Shown: in pieces, positions 19,503 through 29,699 of the stretch
How the letters are laid out: every line of letters starts with the position of its first letter
Numbering within the stretch: the stretch's first letter is position 1
Assembly (NCBI GenBank): GCA_965199495.1
Contig: CBDASK010000003.1
Span: 1,664,001 to 1,728,000, forward strand
Source: Abditibacterium sp.
GTDB lineage: Bacteria > Armatimonadota > Abditibacteriia > Abditibacteriales > Abditibacteriaceae
Direction of reading: 5' to 3'
Length of the DNA: 64,000 nt
Notes under the pieces: generated by a model
Databases searched by the model: none
Told to the model about the DNA's origin: nothing
The model's input: only the letters and a program-made list of their open reading frames with translations
Position numbers and translations under genes: made by a program

Positions 19503-20084
19503 ATGGGATCACTTTTAGAAACGCTGGGCATCGATCCACGCTTTATTCTCGTCGCCATCGTCGGCTTTATCGCCCTGCTATGGGTCTTGCAGAAGTTCGC
19601 GTTCGGCCCGCTCGTCACCGTTTTGCAGGCGCGCAAAGATAAAATCGTCGGCGACTTGGACGAAGCGCAGCAACGCCGCGACGAAATGGTGGCTTTACAG
19701 CGCGATTACGAAAATCGTCTGGCTTCCATCGAAGACGAAGCGCGCGATAAAATCCAAGCCGCCGTCAAAGAGGCGCAGGCCGCGCGCGACGAAATCATCG
19801 CGCGCGCGCAATCCGACGCGCAGGCGATCATCGTGCGCGGACAGGCCGAAATTGACGCCGAACGCGCCAAATCGCTGACCGAAGCGCGCAACCAAATCGT
19901 AGATTTGGCCACGCTAATGGCGCGCCGCAGTGCGATGGAAAACCTGAGCGCGGCGGGACAATCGAACTTAATTGACGACGCGATTGCGAAATTCGGCAGT
20001 GTCACTTCGACATCGCAAGTTGATATGCAGAAGCAGTCGCAAAACGGGGCGCCGGGTATTAACATCGTGCCCACCAATCAATAA
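19503..20084 (+). CDS. atpF: ATP synthase Fo subunit b
   Basis: N-terminal TM, KFAFGP..VL.ARKDKI, coiled coil. Confidence 0.93.
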   Translation: MGSLLETLGIDPRFILVAIVGFIALLWVLQKFAFGPLVTVLQARKDKIVGDLDEAQQRRDEMVALQRDYENRLASIEDEARDKIQAAVKEAQAARDEIIARAQSDAQAIIVRGQAEIDAERAKSLTEARNQIVDLATLMARRSAMENLSAAGQSNLIDDAIAKFGSVTSTSQVDMQKQSQNGAPGINIVPTNQ

Positions 20085-20635
20085 TGAACAAAGACGCCAG
20101 CGTGGCGCGCCGCTATGCCGACGCGCTTTTTCAAGTCGCCCGCAAACGCAGCGAGGTTGACGAAGTCGCCACCAATCTGCATGAAGTCGTGCAAGCCGTC
20201 GAAGGCTCGCGCGAATTGATGAGCGCGCTTCATCATCCGCTTTTGACGCAGGAGAAAAAGCAATCTATCGTGCGCGGCGTGTTCGGCGCGAATGTTCACG
20301 CTGATGTGGTGCGCTTTTTGTTTCTGGTCATCGAGAAAGATCGCGCGATTCTGTTACCGCAAATCGTCGAAGAATTCGACCGTTTCGTGGACGCTTATCG
20401 CGGCGAGGCCGACGCCGTGGCTACGTCCGCCGTGCCGCTTTCTGCCGCGCAGATCGCGCAGTTGGAAACGGCGTTGAACGCGAAGTTTGGCGTCAAAGTG
20501 CGACTCAAAACGCGCGTGGACGAAAGCATTTTGGGCGGATTGGTCGTGCGCGTCGGCGACAAGTTGATTGACAGCAGCGTGGCGACGCGACTGCAACAGA
20601 TGAACGAACAACTCAAGCGCGTGAAGGTGACTTGA
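20084..20635 (+). CDS. atpH: ATP synthase F1 subunit delta
   Basis: VARRYADALF, VDESILGGLVVRVGDKLIDSSV. Confidence 0.96.
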   Translation: MNKDASVARRYADALFQVARKRSEVDEVATNLHEVVQAVEGSRELMSALHHPLLTQEKKQSIVRGVFGANVHADVVRFLFLVIEKDRAILLPQIVEEFDRFVDAYRGEADAVATSAVPLSAAQIAQLETALNAKFGVKVRLKTRVDESILGGLVVRVGDKLIDSSVATRLQQMNEQLKRVKVT

Positions 20636-20679
20636 GTTTTTGGGTTGAATGAAAAATTGTTAGGTTGAAGAAGTTGCCA

Positions 20680-20874
20680 ACGTTGGCCCCCTCCCCAACC
20701 CTCCCCCGTGCCGGGAGAGGGAGCCACGCCGAAGCCGCCGAAAAGTATCGAGCTATCTTGAAACATCTTGGGCGACGCCGTTCTTTAACCGCAAAGTAAG
20801 TTGCGCGACATAACGGCGCCCGAAAAGTAGCTCCCTCTCCCGGCACGGGGGAGGGTTGGGGAGGGGGCCAACGT
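20680..20874. repeat. Palindromic element family B (CCCTCCCCAACCCTCCCC...GGGAGAGGG), copy 1
   Basis: Perfect 45-bp arms 20680-20724 and 20830-20874 between atpH and atpA. Confidence 0.85.
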
Positions 20875-20949
20875 AGAGGCGCTCTTCAAAAGCAAAAATT
20901 GCGTCGAAGCAAAAAGTAGAAAATCGCGGCCCACAGCCGCACAAACATC

Positions 20950-22509
20950 ATGGCAATTAGACCGGAAGAAATCACCTCTGTTCTCCAGCGCGAGCTGGAA
21001 GGCGGCATGGAAACCGACCTCAAAATGGTTGATGTCGGCACCGTCCTCGAAGTCGGCGACGGCATCGCGCGCGTTTACGGATTGCAGGGCGCCAAATCGG
21101 GCGAGTTGCTCGAATTTCCGCCCTCGCCCGAAACTGGACTCCCGACGATGGGACTCGCGCTCAACCTCGAAGAAGACAACGTCGGCGTCGTTATCGCGGG
21201 CGATTACAACCACATCGAAGAGGGCACGCAGGTCAAAACGACCGGTCGCATCGCCGATGTTCCCGTCGGCGAAGCCCTGCTGGGCCGCGTCGTCAACGCG
21301 TTGGGCGAGCCGATTGACGGCAAAGGCCCGATTGTCACCGACCAACGCGCTCTAATCGAAGTCAAGGCGCCCGGCGTGATGCAGCGCGAGGGCGTCAAAG
21401 AGCCGATGCAGACCGGCATCAAAGCGATTGACGCGATGATTCCCGTCGGACGCGGTCAGCGCGAACTGATTATCGGCGACCGTCAGACCGGTAAAACCAC
21501 AGTCGCCATTGACGCGATTATCAATCAGCGCGATACCGGCGTCAAATGTATTTACGTCGCTATCGGCCAGAAGCAGGGCACTATCGCCGCTTTGGTGGCG
21601 CAGTTGGAAAAAGCGGGCGCTTTGGATTACACCATCGTCGTCGTCGCTTCGGCCAACGATTCGGCGCCGCTGCAATACATCGCGCCGTTCGCCGGAACCG
21701 CGATGGGCGAATACTTCCGCGATAAAGGCGAACACGCGCTCATCGTTTATGATGATTTGAGCAAGCACGCCGTGGCTTATCGCTCGATGTCGCTTTTGCT
21801 GCGCCGTCCGCCGGGCCGCGAGGCGTATCCGGGTGACGTGTTCAATTTGCACTCGCGTTTGCTGGAACGTAGCGCCAAAATGAGCAGCGAATTGGGCGGC
21901 GGTTCTCTGACGGCGTTGCCGATTATCGAAACGCAGGCCAACGACATTTCGGCTTATATTCCGACCAACGTTATTTCGATTACCGACGGCCAAATCTTCT
22001 TGGAAACCGACTTGTTCAACGCGGGCGTGCGTCCAGCCATCAACGCCGGTTTGAGCGTTTCGCGCGTGGGAAGCGCGGCCCAGACTAAAGCGATCAAAAG
22101 CGTGGCGGGTAAGTTGAAACTGGAATTGGCGCAATATCGCAACCTCGCGGCATTCGCACAGTTCGCCTCGGATTTGGACAAGTCCACGCAGATGCAATTG
22201 CAGCGCGGCGAGCGTTTGACCGAACTAATGAAGCAGGTCAACTACAAGCCGTTTTCGGTCACTGACCAAGTCATGTCGATTTACGCGGCGATTAACGGTT
22301 ACATGGACGAGATTCCCGTCGCCGATGTCAACCGCTACGAGACCGAACTTTTGGCGTTCATGCCGGAGCGTTATCCCGATGTCGTCGAAGCGATTCGCAA
22401 CGAAAAGGCGATCTCGAAAGAGATGGAGCCACGTCTCAAAGGCGCGGTCGAAGATTTCACCGCGCAGTTCAAACCGGCGCATCACGACGGCATGGTTCCG
22501 GGCGAATAA
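20950..22509 (+). CDS. atpA: ATP synthase F1 subunit alpha
   Basis: [28 protein letters not shown]. Confidence 0.99.
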   Translation: MAIRPEEITSVLQRELEGGMETDLKMVDVGTVLEVGDGIARVYGLQGAKSGELLEFPPSPETGLPTMGLALNLEEDNVGVVIAGDYNHIEEGTQVKTTGRIADVPVGEALLGRVVNALGEPIDGKGPIVTDQRALIEVKAPGVMQREGVKEPMQTGIKAIDAMIPVGRGQRELIIGDRQTGKTTVAIDAIINQRDTGVKCIYVAIGQKQGTIAALVAQLEKAGALDYTIVVVASANDSAPLQYIAPFAGTAMGEYFRDKGEHALIVYDDLSKHAVAYRSMSLLLRRPPGREAYPGDVFNLHSRLLERSAKMSSELGGGSLTALPIIETQANDISAYIPTNVISITDGQIFLETDLFNAGVRPAINAGLSVSRVGSAAQTKAIKSVAGKLKLELAQYRNLAAFAQFASDLDKSTQMQLQRGERLTELMKQVNYKPFSVTDQVMSIYAAINGYMDEIPVADVNRYETELLAFMPERYPDVVEAIRNEKAISKEMEPRLKGAVEDFTAQFKPAHHDGMVPGE

Positions 22510-22514
22510 ACGTA

Positions 22515-22790
22515 ATGCCAAAAGCTCCCGATGTCCCAGAAGGTCTTCATATTGCCGAATTCGGCTTCAAAGTGATGCGATGGGGCACGGGAGATGCGTC
22601 AGCACGGGAGCGCATGAGCGTTCTGACTCGTAGTGAATTAGTCGAAGCGGGTGTGACGATTGAAATAGCCCGTTCGTGGCGCGACTTCTATTTGAGCGAA
22701 GTTGCTCGCGTTTCGAGAAACCCCAGCGCACGCGGGCGCGCTGATTTAATGCAGCGCGCCCTCGAACTTTTGGAGGAAAACAATGACTAA
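22515..22790 (+). CDS. Small protein resembling DUF4951
   Basis: EFGFKVMRWGTGDASARERM...WRDFY...NPSARGRADLM; family recalled from memory, not searched. Confidence 0.55.
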   Translation: MPKAPDVPEGLHIAEFGFKVMRWGTGDASARERMSVLTRSELVEAGVTIEIARSWRDFYLSEVARVSRNPSARGRADLMQRALELLEENND

Positions 22791-23082
22791 TTTTTCAAAG
22801 ATGCGAGTCACCAACGCGCAAGATCACGAGGTTTCGCTCGTCGTGGAACCTTGGGGCGAAATTTACCCAATGGCATCAGGCGAAACGTTCGAGGTTCGCT
22901 TTGAAATCGCCGGTGAGCAATCCAGAGAGTTGCCCGAAATCGTCTGGGAAAGCGAACAAATTCTGATTTATGCTGGCGTTGGCGGCGACATCGCACTTTT
23001 CCGAAATGGCATCAACCTGCGTGAACCGTCGTTTAACGGCGTTATGCAACCAACGACACAACAATTGACTTCGGTTGCATAG
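22783..23082 (+). CDS. Hypothetical small acidic beta-rich protein overlapping the upstream ORF
   Basis: GGAGG RBS; 8-nt overlap with 22515-22790; VEPWG motif. Confidence 0.6.
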   Translation: MTNFSKMRVTNAQDHEVSLVVEPWGEIYPMASGETFEVRFEIAGEQSRELPEIVWESEQILIYAGVGGDIALFRNGINLREPSFNGVMQPTTQQLTSVA

Positions 23083-23127
23083 TGTCGTTTGCGACTTCTA
23101 TCTCCTGACTTCCAACTTCTAAAGAAA

Positions 23128-24009
23128 ATGGCTTCACTTCGCGACATCAAACGCAAAATCCGCGTTGTTAAAAATATCGCCCAGATCACGCAGGCGATGA
23201 AAATGGTGGCGGCGGCCAAACTGCGCCGCGTCCAAGACCGCGTGCAAAAGGGCAAACCCTACGCGCAGACGATGGCCGAACTCGTCGGCACTCTCGCGCC
23301 CAGCGTCAAAGATTTTTCGCATCCTTTGCTGGAAGTGCGCGATGTGCAGCGCGTCACCGTCGTAGTTATCGCGGGCGACAAAGGATTGTGCGGCGCTTAT
23401 AACTCGAATATCTTGCGCTTGGGCCAGCGTTTCGTGGACGAAAAGTTCGCGCAATATGGCCGCGAGAATGTGCGTCTGCTCACGGTTGGCAAAAAAGCGG
23501 GCGAATATTTTCGCAAGCGCGGTTACGAGCCAGCGCGTCACTTCGCGGGCATTGGGCCGGACACGGCTTACGAAGAGATTCGCGCGATTTCCAATGAACT
23601 GACGGGCACGTTTAGCAGTGGCGCGACCGACGAAGTTTTCATCTGTTACACCGAATTCGTGACGGCTTTGACGCAGCGCCCCGAAACCATCAAGTTTCTG
23701 CCCATCGAGCCGCCCTCGGCGGGCGTTGAAGAAACGGAATCGGCGGGCACGACCGATTTCATTTTCGAGCCGAAGATTGACGAATTGTTGTCCAAGCTGT
23801 TGCCGCGCTATGTCGAAACGCGGATTTACCAGTTGCTCATGGAAGCCACGGCGTCCGAGTTCGGCGCGCGCATGACGGCGATGAGCAACGCAACCAAGAA
23901 CGCCAACGAACAGATCGACAGCCTGACGCTAATTTATAATCGCACGCGTCAGGCGAATATCACCAAGGAACTGCTTGATATTATCGGCGGCGCGGAAGCG
24001 TTGAATTAG
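23128..24009 (+). CDS. atpG: ATP synthase F1 subunit gamma
   Basis: QITQAMKMVAAAKL, DKGLCGAYN, ARMTAM, RQANITKELLDIIGGAEAL. Confidence 0.98.
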   Translation: MASLRDIKRKIRVVKNIAQITQAMKMVAAAKLRRVQDRVQKGKPYAQTMAELVGTLAPSVKDFSHPLLEVRDVQRVTVVVIAGDKGLCGAYNSNILRLGQRFVDEKFAQYGRENVRLLTVGKKAGEYFRKRGYEPARHFAGIGPDTAYEEIRAISNELTGTFSSGATDEVFICYTEFVTALTQRPETIKFLPIEPPSAGVEETESAGTTDFIFEPKIDELLSKLLPRYVETRIYQLLMEATASEFGARMTAMSNATKNANEQIDSLTLIYNRTRQANITKELLDIIGGAEALN

Positions 24010-24021
24010 CGATTCAGAAAA

Positions 24022-24060
24022 CGAAAAGGGCATCAGAAAAATTATCTGATGCCCTTTTCG
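24022..24060 (+). terminator. Intrinsic terminator-like hairpin ending the atp operon
   Basis: CGAAAAGGGCATCAGA...TCTGATGCCCTTTTCG. Confidence 0.75.
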
Positions 24061-24298
24061 CGTTGGAGACTGGTAAGACTTGGGCAACGCCGTTTGCTTA
24101 CACGCCCAAGAAATGTGCAAAAATTGCTCTCTAATGTGATTTAGGCAAAAATATGAAGGCAACTCAATTATTCATTAAAAAAATGGTGTTTTTTGGAGAT
24201 TTCTAAAAATTGGCAAAGTCCCTGTTCGCTTAAATGAATTCAATTAATTAATGGTAGGCTAACGATAAAACTTCTAAACTGGCACAAAGCGCCGCTAT

Positions 24299-27200
24299 GT
24301 GCCGTATCGGGAGGTAAGCCAAATTAATCTATCCGAAAAACCGTTACAACAAAATTTGGCGCGTCGCACGCGTCAAATCGGCGCGTTGCGTCGTGTTAGC
24401 GAGGCGTTGTTTTCGGGTTACGGCGCCAATTCAATCGCGCAGACACTGGAAGTCGCCGTCGAAATTGTGGACGCGAACGCGGGCGCGATCTTGTTTTATG
24501 AAGCGCCCACCGATGCGCTGATTTTCCGTTGCGCTGTCGGGCCGCGCGCCGACGCGCTCACCGGCACCACGATAGCCGCCGCGCAGGGCGTCGCCGGACA
24601 GGTTTTGCGCACCGCGTTGCCCGAACTGACTCGCCGCGCAGGAGAAGATGAAAACGCGTTGGTTGATCGCTTTCTGGGCGAAGAGCAAAACGCCGAAGAT
24701 GATATAACTCTGTTGACGTTGCCGCTCAAACGCGCATCGGGCGAGGCGCTGGGATTGATGCAATTGCTGTGGGTTGGGCAAAGCGAAATTCCCGGCCAAT
24801 GCGATGTCGAAGTTCTCCAAATTTTGTGCGCGGCGCTTTCGTCGGCGCTGGAAACCGAGCGTTTGAAGCAAGAGGCGCAACGCGCGGAAATCGTCTCGAT
24901 TATCGGCGATATTTCGCATGACATTAAAAATATGCTGACCCCGATTCAGTCGGGCGTGTGGACGTTGGAGCCACTGTTAGACCAGCTTTTTGAGGGATTG
25001 AGCGAAGTTCAGTTGGGTTTGAATGGGCGTGCGGCACAAAATCAGATCACCGAAGTCGCGGAGGCGGTGCGGGGCAATTACAGTTGGATTTTGCAGAACG
25101 TTGACGCTTCGTGCGAGCAACTCATGGCGCGCACGCGCGAAATCGCCGACGCGGTCAAGGGCGAATTGGCAGCGCCCGTGTTCGAAGTCACCGATCTCAA
25201 CGAGGTCGTTTCCCATGTCGCGCGCCCTTTATTTTTGTTGGCCGAGAAAACTAACGTCCAGTTGCATTTGGAGTTAGACCGCGATTTGCCGCACGCCGAA
25301 TTCGACCGCAAACAGCTTTATAACGCGATTTATAATCTGGTCAACAACGCGATTCCCGAAACGCCAGAGGGCGGTAGCGTGACGATTCGCACGCTCGCGC
25401 CCGCACCCGGCGAAGAGACTTTGATGCTCGAAGTCGAGGACACCGGCGGCGGAATGCCCGAAAATGTGCGCGCGCGTTTGTTCACCGACCAAGCGATTTC
25501 GACCAAAGAGGGCGGCACCGGTCTGGGCACGCGCATCGTGGCGGGCGTGGTCAAACGGCATCAGGGACAAATTACGGTTCACAGCGAAAGCGGGCGCGGC
25601 ACGCGCTTTTCGATTCGGTTGCCGTTGCGCCAAATGCCGGTGTTCGATGCAGCCACGGCGGCGTTGCCGGTGCGACTGCACAATTTGCCCGCGCCTTCCA
25701 CGTCGTTCGTCGGGCGCGGGTTGGAGCGCGCGCGGGCGCGCGAACTGTTGCAAAATGGGCGTTTGGTTTCGCTGATCGGCATCGGCGGGACGGGCAAAAC
25801 GCGGTTGGCGTTGCAGGTCGCGGCGGAAGTTTTGCCGCAATTCGAGGGCGGCGTGTGGTTGGTTTCGCTCGCCGCCCTCAACGAGGCACCGCGCGTGGCT
25901 GCTGCCATCGCCGCCGCTCTGGGCGTGAGCGACGCGGCGGGGCGCAACTTGGAAGCGATTTTGTGCGACTTTTTGCGCCCCAAACAATTGCTGTTGGTGC
26001 TGGACAATTTCGAGCAAGTTCTGGAAGCCTCGCCCTTAGTCGCACGCTTACTCGAAGAGTGCGAGAATTTGAAAATTCTCGTCACCAGCCGCGCGCCCCT
26101 CGGCGTGCGCGGCGAACACGAATTGCCCGTCGAGCCTTTGGGGTTGCCCGCGCTGGAACATCTGGCCGCCACGCCCCTGCCCGCGCAACTTCACGCCCTC
26201 GCCGACTGCGAGGCGGTCGCGCTGTTTTGCCAGCGCGCCAGTCAGGTGCGGCCCGACTTCGAGTTGTGCGCCGAAAACGCGCGCGATGTGGCGCGGCTTT
26301 GCACGCGGCTCGACGGTTTGCCTTTGGCGATTGAACTGGCGGCGGCGCGCGTCAAAATGTTGGCGCCGCACGCGATTTTGTCTCATCTGGAAAAGCACCT
26401 GGCGCTACCGGGCAAAGGCCCGCAGGACGCGCCGCGCCGTCACCAGAGTTTGCAGGCCGCGCTCGATTGGAGCACCGATTTGTTGGCGCCCGCCGAGCAA
26501 ATTTTGCTGCGGCGCGCGATGATTTTTGAAGGCGGCTTTGGCGCGGAAGCCGCCCGCGTCGTGGCCGCAACCGACGAGTTAGGGTTGGATGTCTGGCACG
26601 GTTTGGAATTGCTGTGCGAGAAAAGTCTGCTGCGCGCGGCGCCCCAAAGCGACGGCTCGATGTGGTTTTTCGCGCTGCAAACCGTGCGCGATTACGGGCA
26701 GGAAAAGCTGGCCGAAGCGGGCGAACTCGAAACGATGGGAGCGCGACACGCCGCGCATTATTCGGCAGTCGCGCAGGCCGCGCAAAGGCTTTTGACCACA
26801 GAAACCGACGCGCCCACGCCCTTTGATTTGCCGCTCGCGAGCGCGTCGAAGGCGCAGTGGCACGTCTGGCGCGAACGCGAATACGAGAATTTGCGCGCTG
26901 CTCTCGATTGGTTTTTGGAACATGAAAATCAGGGACAGCACGAAGCGTTGCGCATGGCGGTGGCTCTGCGCGACGTGTGGCTTGGCCGATTGTGGACGGA
27001 GCGGCGCGAGGCGTTGCAACGCGCGCTCGCCCAAAGCGCGGACGCGCCCGACGAACTGCGGCTCCAGGCGATGTTATTCGCCGGGGATTTAGCCGTTTTG
27101 CAAAGCGATTTGCCGCGCGCGCAAGAGTTCGGGCAACAGGGTTTGGCTTTGAGCGAAAAATTGGAATCGGGCTGGGCACAGGCGCGCGCGCTGGGAATTT

Positions 27201-27997
27201 TGGCGAATGTGGCGCTGGAAAACGACGATTTCGCGCGGGCGCGCGCGCTGCACGAACAGAGTCTGAATCTGCACCGCGAAGAGGAAAATAACGGCGCGAT
27301 TCCCTGGAGTTTGTTTTTTCTGGGCGAAGTCGCCAGACGCGAAGGCGACCCCGAACGCGCGCGCGATTGTTACGAGCAAAGCCTGACTCACTTCCGCGCA
27401 ATCGAGGACAGAGAAGGCATTGCGACCGCGCTTTATCAATTGAGCCGCGCGATTTATGACGCCCAACAGCCCGCGCCCGCACGCGAAATGTTGGAAGAAA
27501 GTCTGGCGATTTTCAGCGAATTGGCGCATCACAGCGGCATCGCGTGGACGCGCGGTTTTCTGGGACAGATGGCGGCGGACGCGGGCGATTTCGAGCTGGC
27601 GCGCGAGCAAATCGAGCGAAGTCTGGAAATGTGGCGCGCGCTGGGCAGTCGCGCGGAGGTTCACGCGGCCTTGCGCGCGCTGGGCGAAATCGCGCTTCGG
27701 ACGAGCGATTGGAGCGCGATGCGCGAATTATTAGGCGAACTGTTGGACGATTTGTCGGCGCCCGAACACGGCGCGATGGCGCGCGAAATTTTGGACGAAT
27801 TCGCACGTTTGGCGATGGAGCAGGGCGAGGCCGAACACGCCGCCTGTTTATTGGGCGCCGCGTGGGGCGCCCAGCCCGCCGACTCCGCGCTCGCCCGACA
27901 AGTTCGCGGCGCTTTAGATGAAGAAAATTGGCAGCAATTGTTGCAGCGCGGCATCCGAGCCACGCCGACGTTGCGCGGGCGGGAGGAGCGGGAATGA
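24299..27997 (+). CDS. GAF-histidine kinase fused to a STAND (NB-ARC-like) NTPase and TPR repeats
   Basis: H-box [14 protein letters not shown]-box NLVNNAI, DTGGG, GTGLG; then HNLP..SFVGR, Walker A GIGGTGKT, Walker [25 protein letters not shown]; TPRs. Confidence 0.88.
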   Translation: MPYREVSQINLSEKPLQQNLARRTRQIGALRRVSEALFSGYGANSIAQTLEVAVEIVDANAGAILFYEAPTDALIFRCAVGPRADALTGTTIAAAQGVAGQVLRTALPELTRRAGEDENALVDRFLGEEQNAEDDITLLTLPLKRASGEALGLMQLLWVGQSEIPGQCDVEVLQILCAALSSALETERLKQEAQRAEIVSIIGDISHDIKNMLTPIQSGVWTLEPLLDQLFEGLSEVQLGLNGRAAQNQITEVAEAVRGNYSWILQNVDASCEQLMARTREIADAVKGELAAPVFEVTDLNEVVSHVARPLFLLAEKTNVQLHLELDRDLPHAEFDRKQLYNAIYNLVNNAIPETPEGGSVTIRTLAPAPGEETLMLEVEDTGGGMPENVRARLFTDQAISTKEGGTGLGTRIVAGVVKRHQGQITVHSESGRGTRFSIRLPLRQMPVFDAATAALPVRLHNLPAPSTSFVGRGLERARARELLQNGRLVSLIGIGGTGKTRLALQVAAEVLPQFEGGVWLVSLAALNEAPRVAAAIAAALGVSDAAGRNLEAILCDFLRPKQLLLVLDNFEQVLEASPLVARLLEECENLKILVTSRAPLGVRGEHELPVEPLGLPALEHLAATPLPAQLHALADCEAVALFCQRASQVRPDFELCAENARDVARLCTRLDGLPLAIELAAARVKMLAPHAILSHLEKHLALPGKGPQDAPRRHQSLQAALDWSTDLLAPAEQILLRRAMIFEGGFGAEAARVVAATDELGLDVWHGLELLCEKSLLRAAPQSDGSMWFFALQTVRDYGQEKLAEAGELETMGARHAAHYSAVAQAAQRLLTTETDAPTPFDLPLASASKAQWHVWREREYENLRAALDWFLEHENQGQHEALRMAVALRDVWLGRLWTERREALQRALAQSADAPDELRLQAMLFAGDLAVLQSDLPRAQEFGQQGLALSEKLESGWAQARALGILANVALENDDFARARALHEQSLNLHREEENNGAIPWSLFFLGEVARREGDPERARDCYEQSLTHFRAIEDREGIATALYQLSRAIYDAQQPAPAREMLEESLAIFSELAHHSGIAWTRGFLGQMAADAGDFELAREQIERSLEMWRALGSRAEVHAALRALGEIALRTSDWSAMRELLGELLDDLSAPEHGAMAREILDEFARLAMEQGEAEHAACLLGAAWGAQPADSALARQVRGALDEENWQQLLQRGIRATPTLRGREERE

Positions 27998-28854
27998 AGA
28001 GTTATCGCGTGCGATTTAGGCGAATAAATTCGCAGCCACGATTAAGTGTCGGCCTTCGCCGACACGAACATTTACTTTGTCGGCGAAGGCCGACACTTAA
28101 TCGTGGCTGCGAATTTATTCGCCTAACTCCCGTCCACACCCCAAAAAGCGCGTTCACCCTGATCGAAATTTTGGTCGTCATCGCAATTATCGCCATCCTC
28201 GCGGCGATCCTGTTTCCGGTTTTCGCGCGCGCAAGGGAAAACGCGCGCCGCACGTCGTGCCTGAGCAATCTGCGCCAAATCGGGCTGGGATTGATGCAAT
28301 ACACGCAGGATTATGACGAACAAAATTCGCGCAGTTGGTATGTTTCGTCGGGCGCCTCCAGCGCGAGCGGCAGTTACAAATGGATGGACGCGATTTATCC
28401 CTACGTCAAAAGCGAGCAAATTTTCAATTGTCCCAGCCACACTTTGCCGGTCAACATTGCGCCCAGCACCAGCACTTTCGATAGTTACAAATTCCGCGAC
28501 GGCACGCGCTGGGGCAGTTACGCCGCCAACGTGACTTATTTTGGCGACGGCAATCTCAATCCGTTCCTCTCGCGCAACGTAGCGTCGTGGGAATCGCCTT
28601 CGACGACGGTTTATGTCGTAGACGGCGTCGGGCGCTACGAAATCGCGTGGGAAACCGGCAATCCGCCCATCAGCACGACGAACCCGCGTTATATCAGCGT
28701 CGGCGGTTTCCCGACCGTCTTCGAGCGCCATCTGGAAACCAGCGTGGTTTTGTTTTGCGACGGTCACGCCAAAGCTCAGAAGTTGGAAAAGCTCACCGTT
28801 GTCGGCGAGGATGGTCGCTACGCGCCTTTCACCGTGGGCGCCGATCCCGATTGA
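27994..28854 (+). CDS. DUF1559 / prepilin-type N-terminal cleavage-methylation protein with H-X9-DG motif
   Basis: [64 protein letters not shown] overlap with the upstream stop. Confidence 0.92.
   Translation: MKSYRVRFRRINSQPRLSVGLRRHEHLLCRRRPTLNRGCEFIRLTPVHTPKSAFTLIEILVVIAIIAILAAILFPVFARARENARRTSCLSNLRQIGLGLMQYTQDYDEQNSRSWYVSSGASSASGSYKWMDAIYPYVKSEQIFNCPSHTLPVNIAPSTSTFDSYKFRDGTRWGSYAANVTYFGDGNLNPFLSRNVASWESPSTTVYVVDGVGRYEIAWETGNPPISTTNPRYISVGGFPTVFERHLETSVVLFCDGHAKAQKLEKLTVVGEDGRYAPFTVGADPD
28016..28126. repeat. 111-bp palindromic REP-like element inside the coding leader
   Basis: Perfect 49-bp arms 28016-28064 and 28078-28126 containing GCGAATAAATTCGCAGCCACG. Confidence 0.88.
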
Positions 28855-28889
28855 AAATATAGGATTGAAAGCGACCTAAATCAAAAATC

Positions 28890-29699
28890 ATGCAATCCCA
28901 TTTTGCCCTCGTTTTTCTCGCCCTTATTCTCTGCGCCGCGCGCGCAAACTGTGATGAAATCGCGCCCTTCGTCGGCGATTTCGAGAGCGGCGATTTGTCG
29001 CAGTGGGCGAGTAAAGAAGCCGCGCGCGACGATTCGATTCAAATCGTCACCGACCCGGTGCGAAGCGGAAATTACGCCGCGAAATTCACCGTGCGCGCGG
29101 GCGAGCGCGTGAGCAATGGCAATCGCGCCGAAATTATTCATGATAACGGCGACCGCGCGGGCAGCGAAGTTTGGGTTCGCTGGAGTTTTCTGATTCCCCG
29201 TGATTTCGTGGATGTCGAATGGAAACCGAAATTTTGGCAGTGCATCGGCCAATGGCACGACCAACCTGACGAAAAACTCGGCGAAACGTGGGCTGATTTC
29301 CCCGCGCATTCGCCTTCGATTGCGGTTTATTACACCTCAAAAAACGGCGCGCCAGCGATTGAAATTTGGAGCGGCACTTACGCCAAAGACGAAATTCAAA
29401 AAGTCGTAGCACGCGCGCCCATCGTCAAGGGCCAGTGGCAAGACGTAATGTTTCACATTCGCTGGTCGCAGGGCGACGATGGTTTTGTCGAACCATTTTT
29501 AAACGGCGCGCCTTTGATCGCGCCCGACACAACGGAACATCGCGCGTGCGGGCCGAATATGTGGAATGGCGCGTCGCATTATCTCAAAATCGGGCTTTAT
29601 CGCAATAGCGAAATCCTCGATACCAACAGCGTTTATTTCGATGAAGTTCGCAGTGGCCCAACGCGCGATTCGGTCGCGCCCAGCGAGGCGCGACCATGA
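28890..29699 (+). CDS. Secreted polysaccharide lyase-like protein (Polysacc_lyase / heparin lyase I-like)
   Basis: Signal peptide; DFESG, NRAEI, IGQWH, YLKIGLYR, VYFDEVR. Confidence 0.78.
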   Translation: MQSHFALVFLALILCAARANCDEIAPFVGDFESGDLSQWASKEAARDDSIQIVTDPVRSGNYAAKFTVRAGERVSNGNRAEIIHDNGDRAGSEVWVRWSFLIPRDFVDVEWKPKFWQCIGQWHDQPDEKLGETWADFPAHSPSIAVYYTSKNGAPAIEIWSGTYAKDEIQKVVARAPIVKGQWQDVMFHIRWSQGDDGFVEPFLNGAPLIAPDTTEHRACGPNMWNGASHYLKIGLYRNSEILDTNSVYFDEVRSGPTRDSVAPSEARP

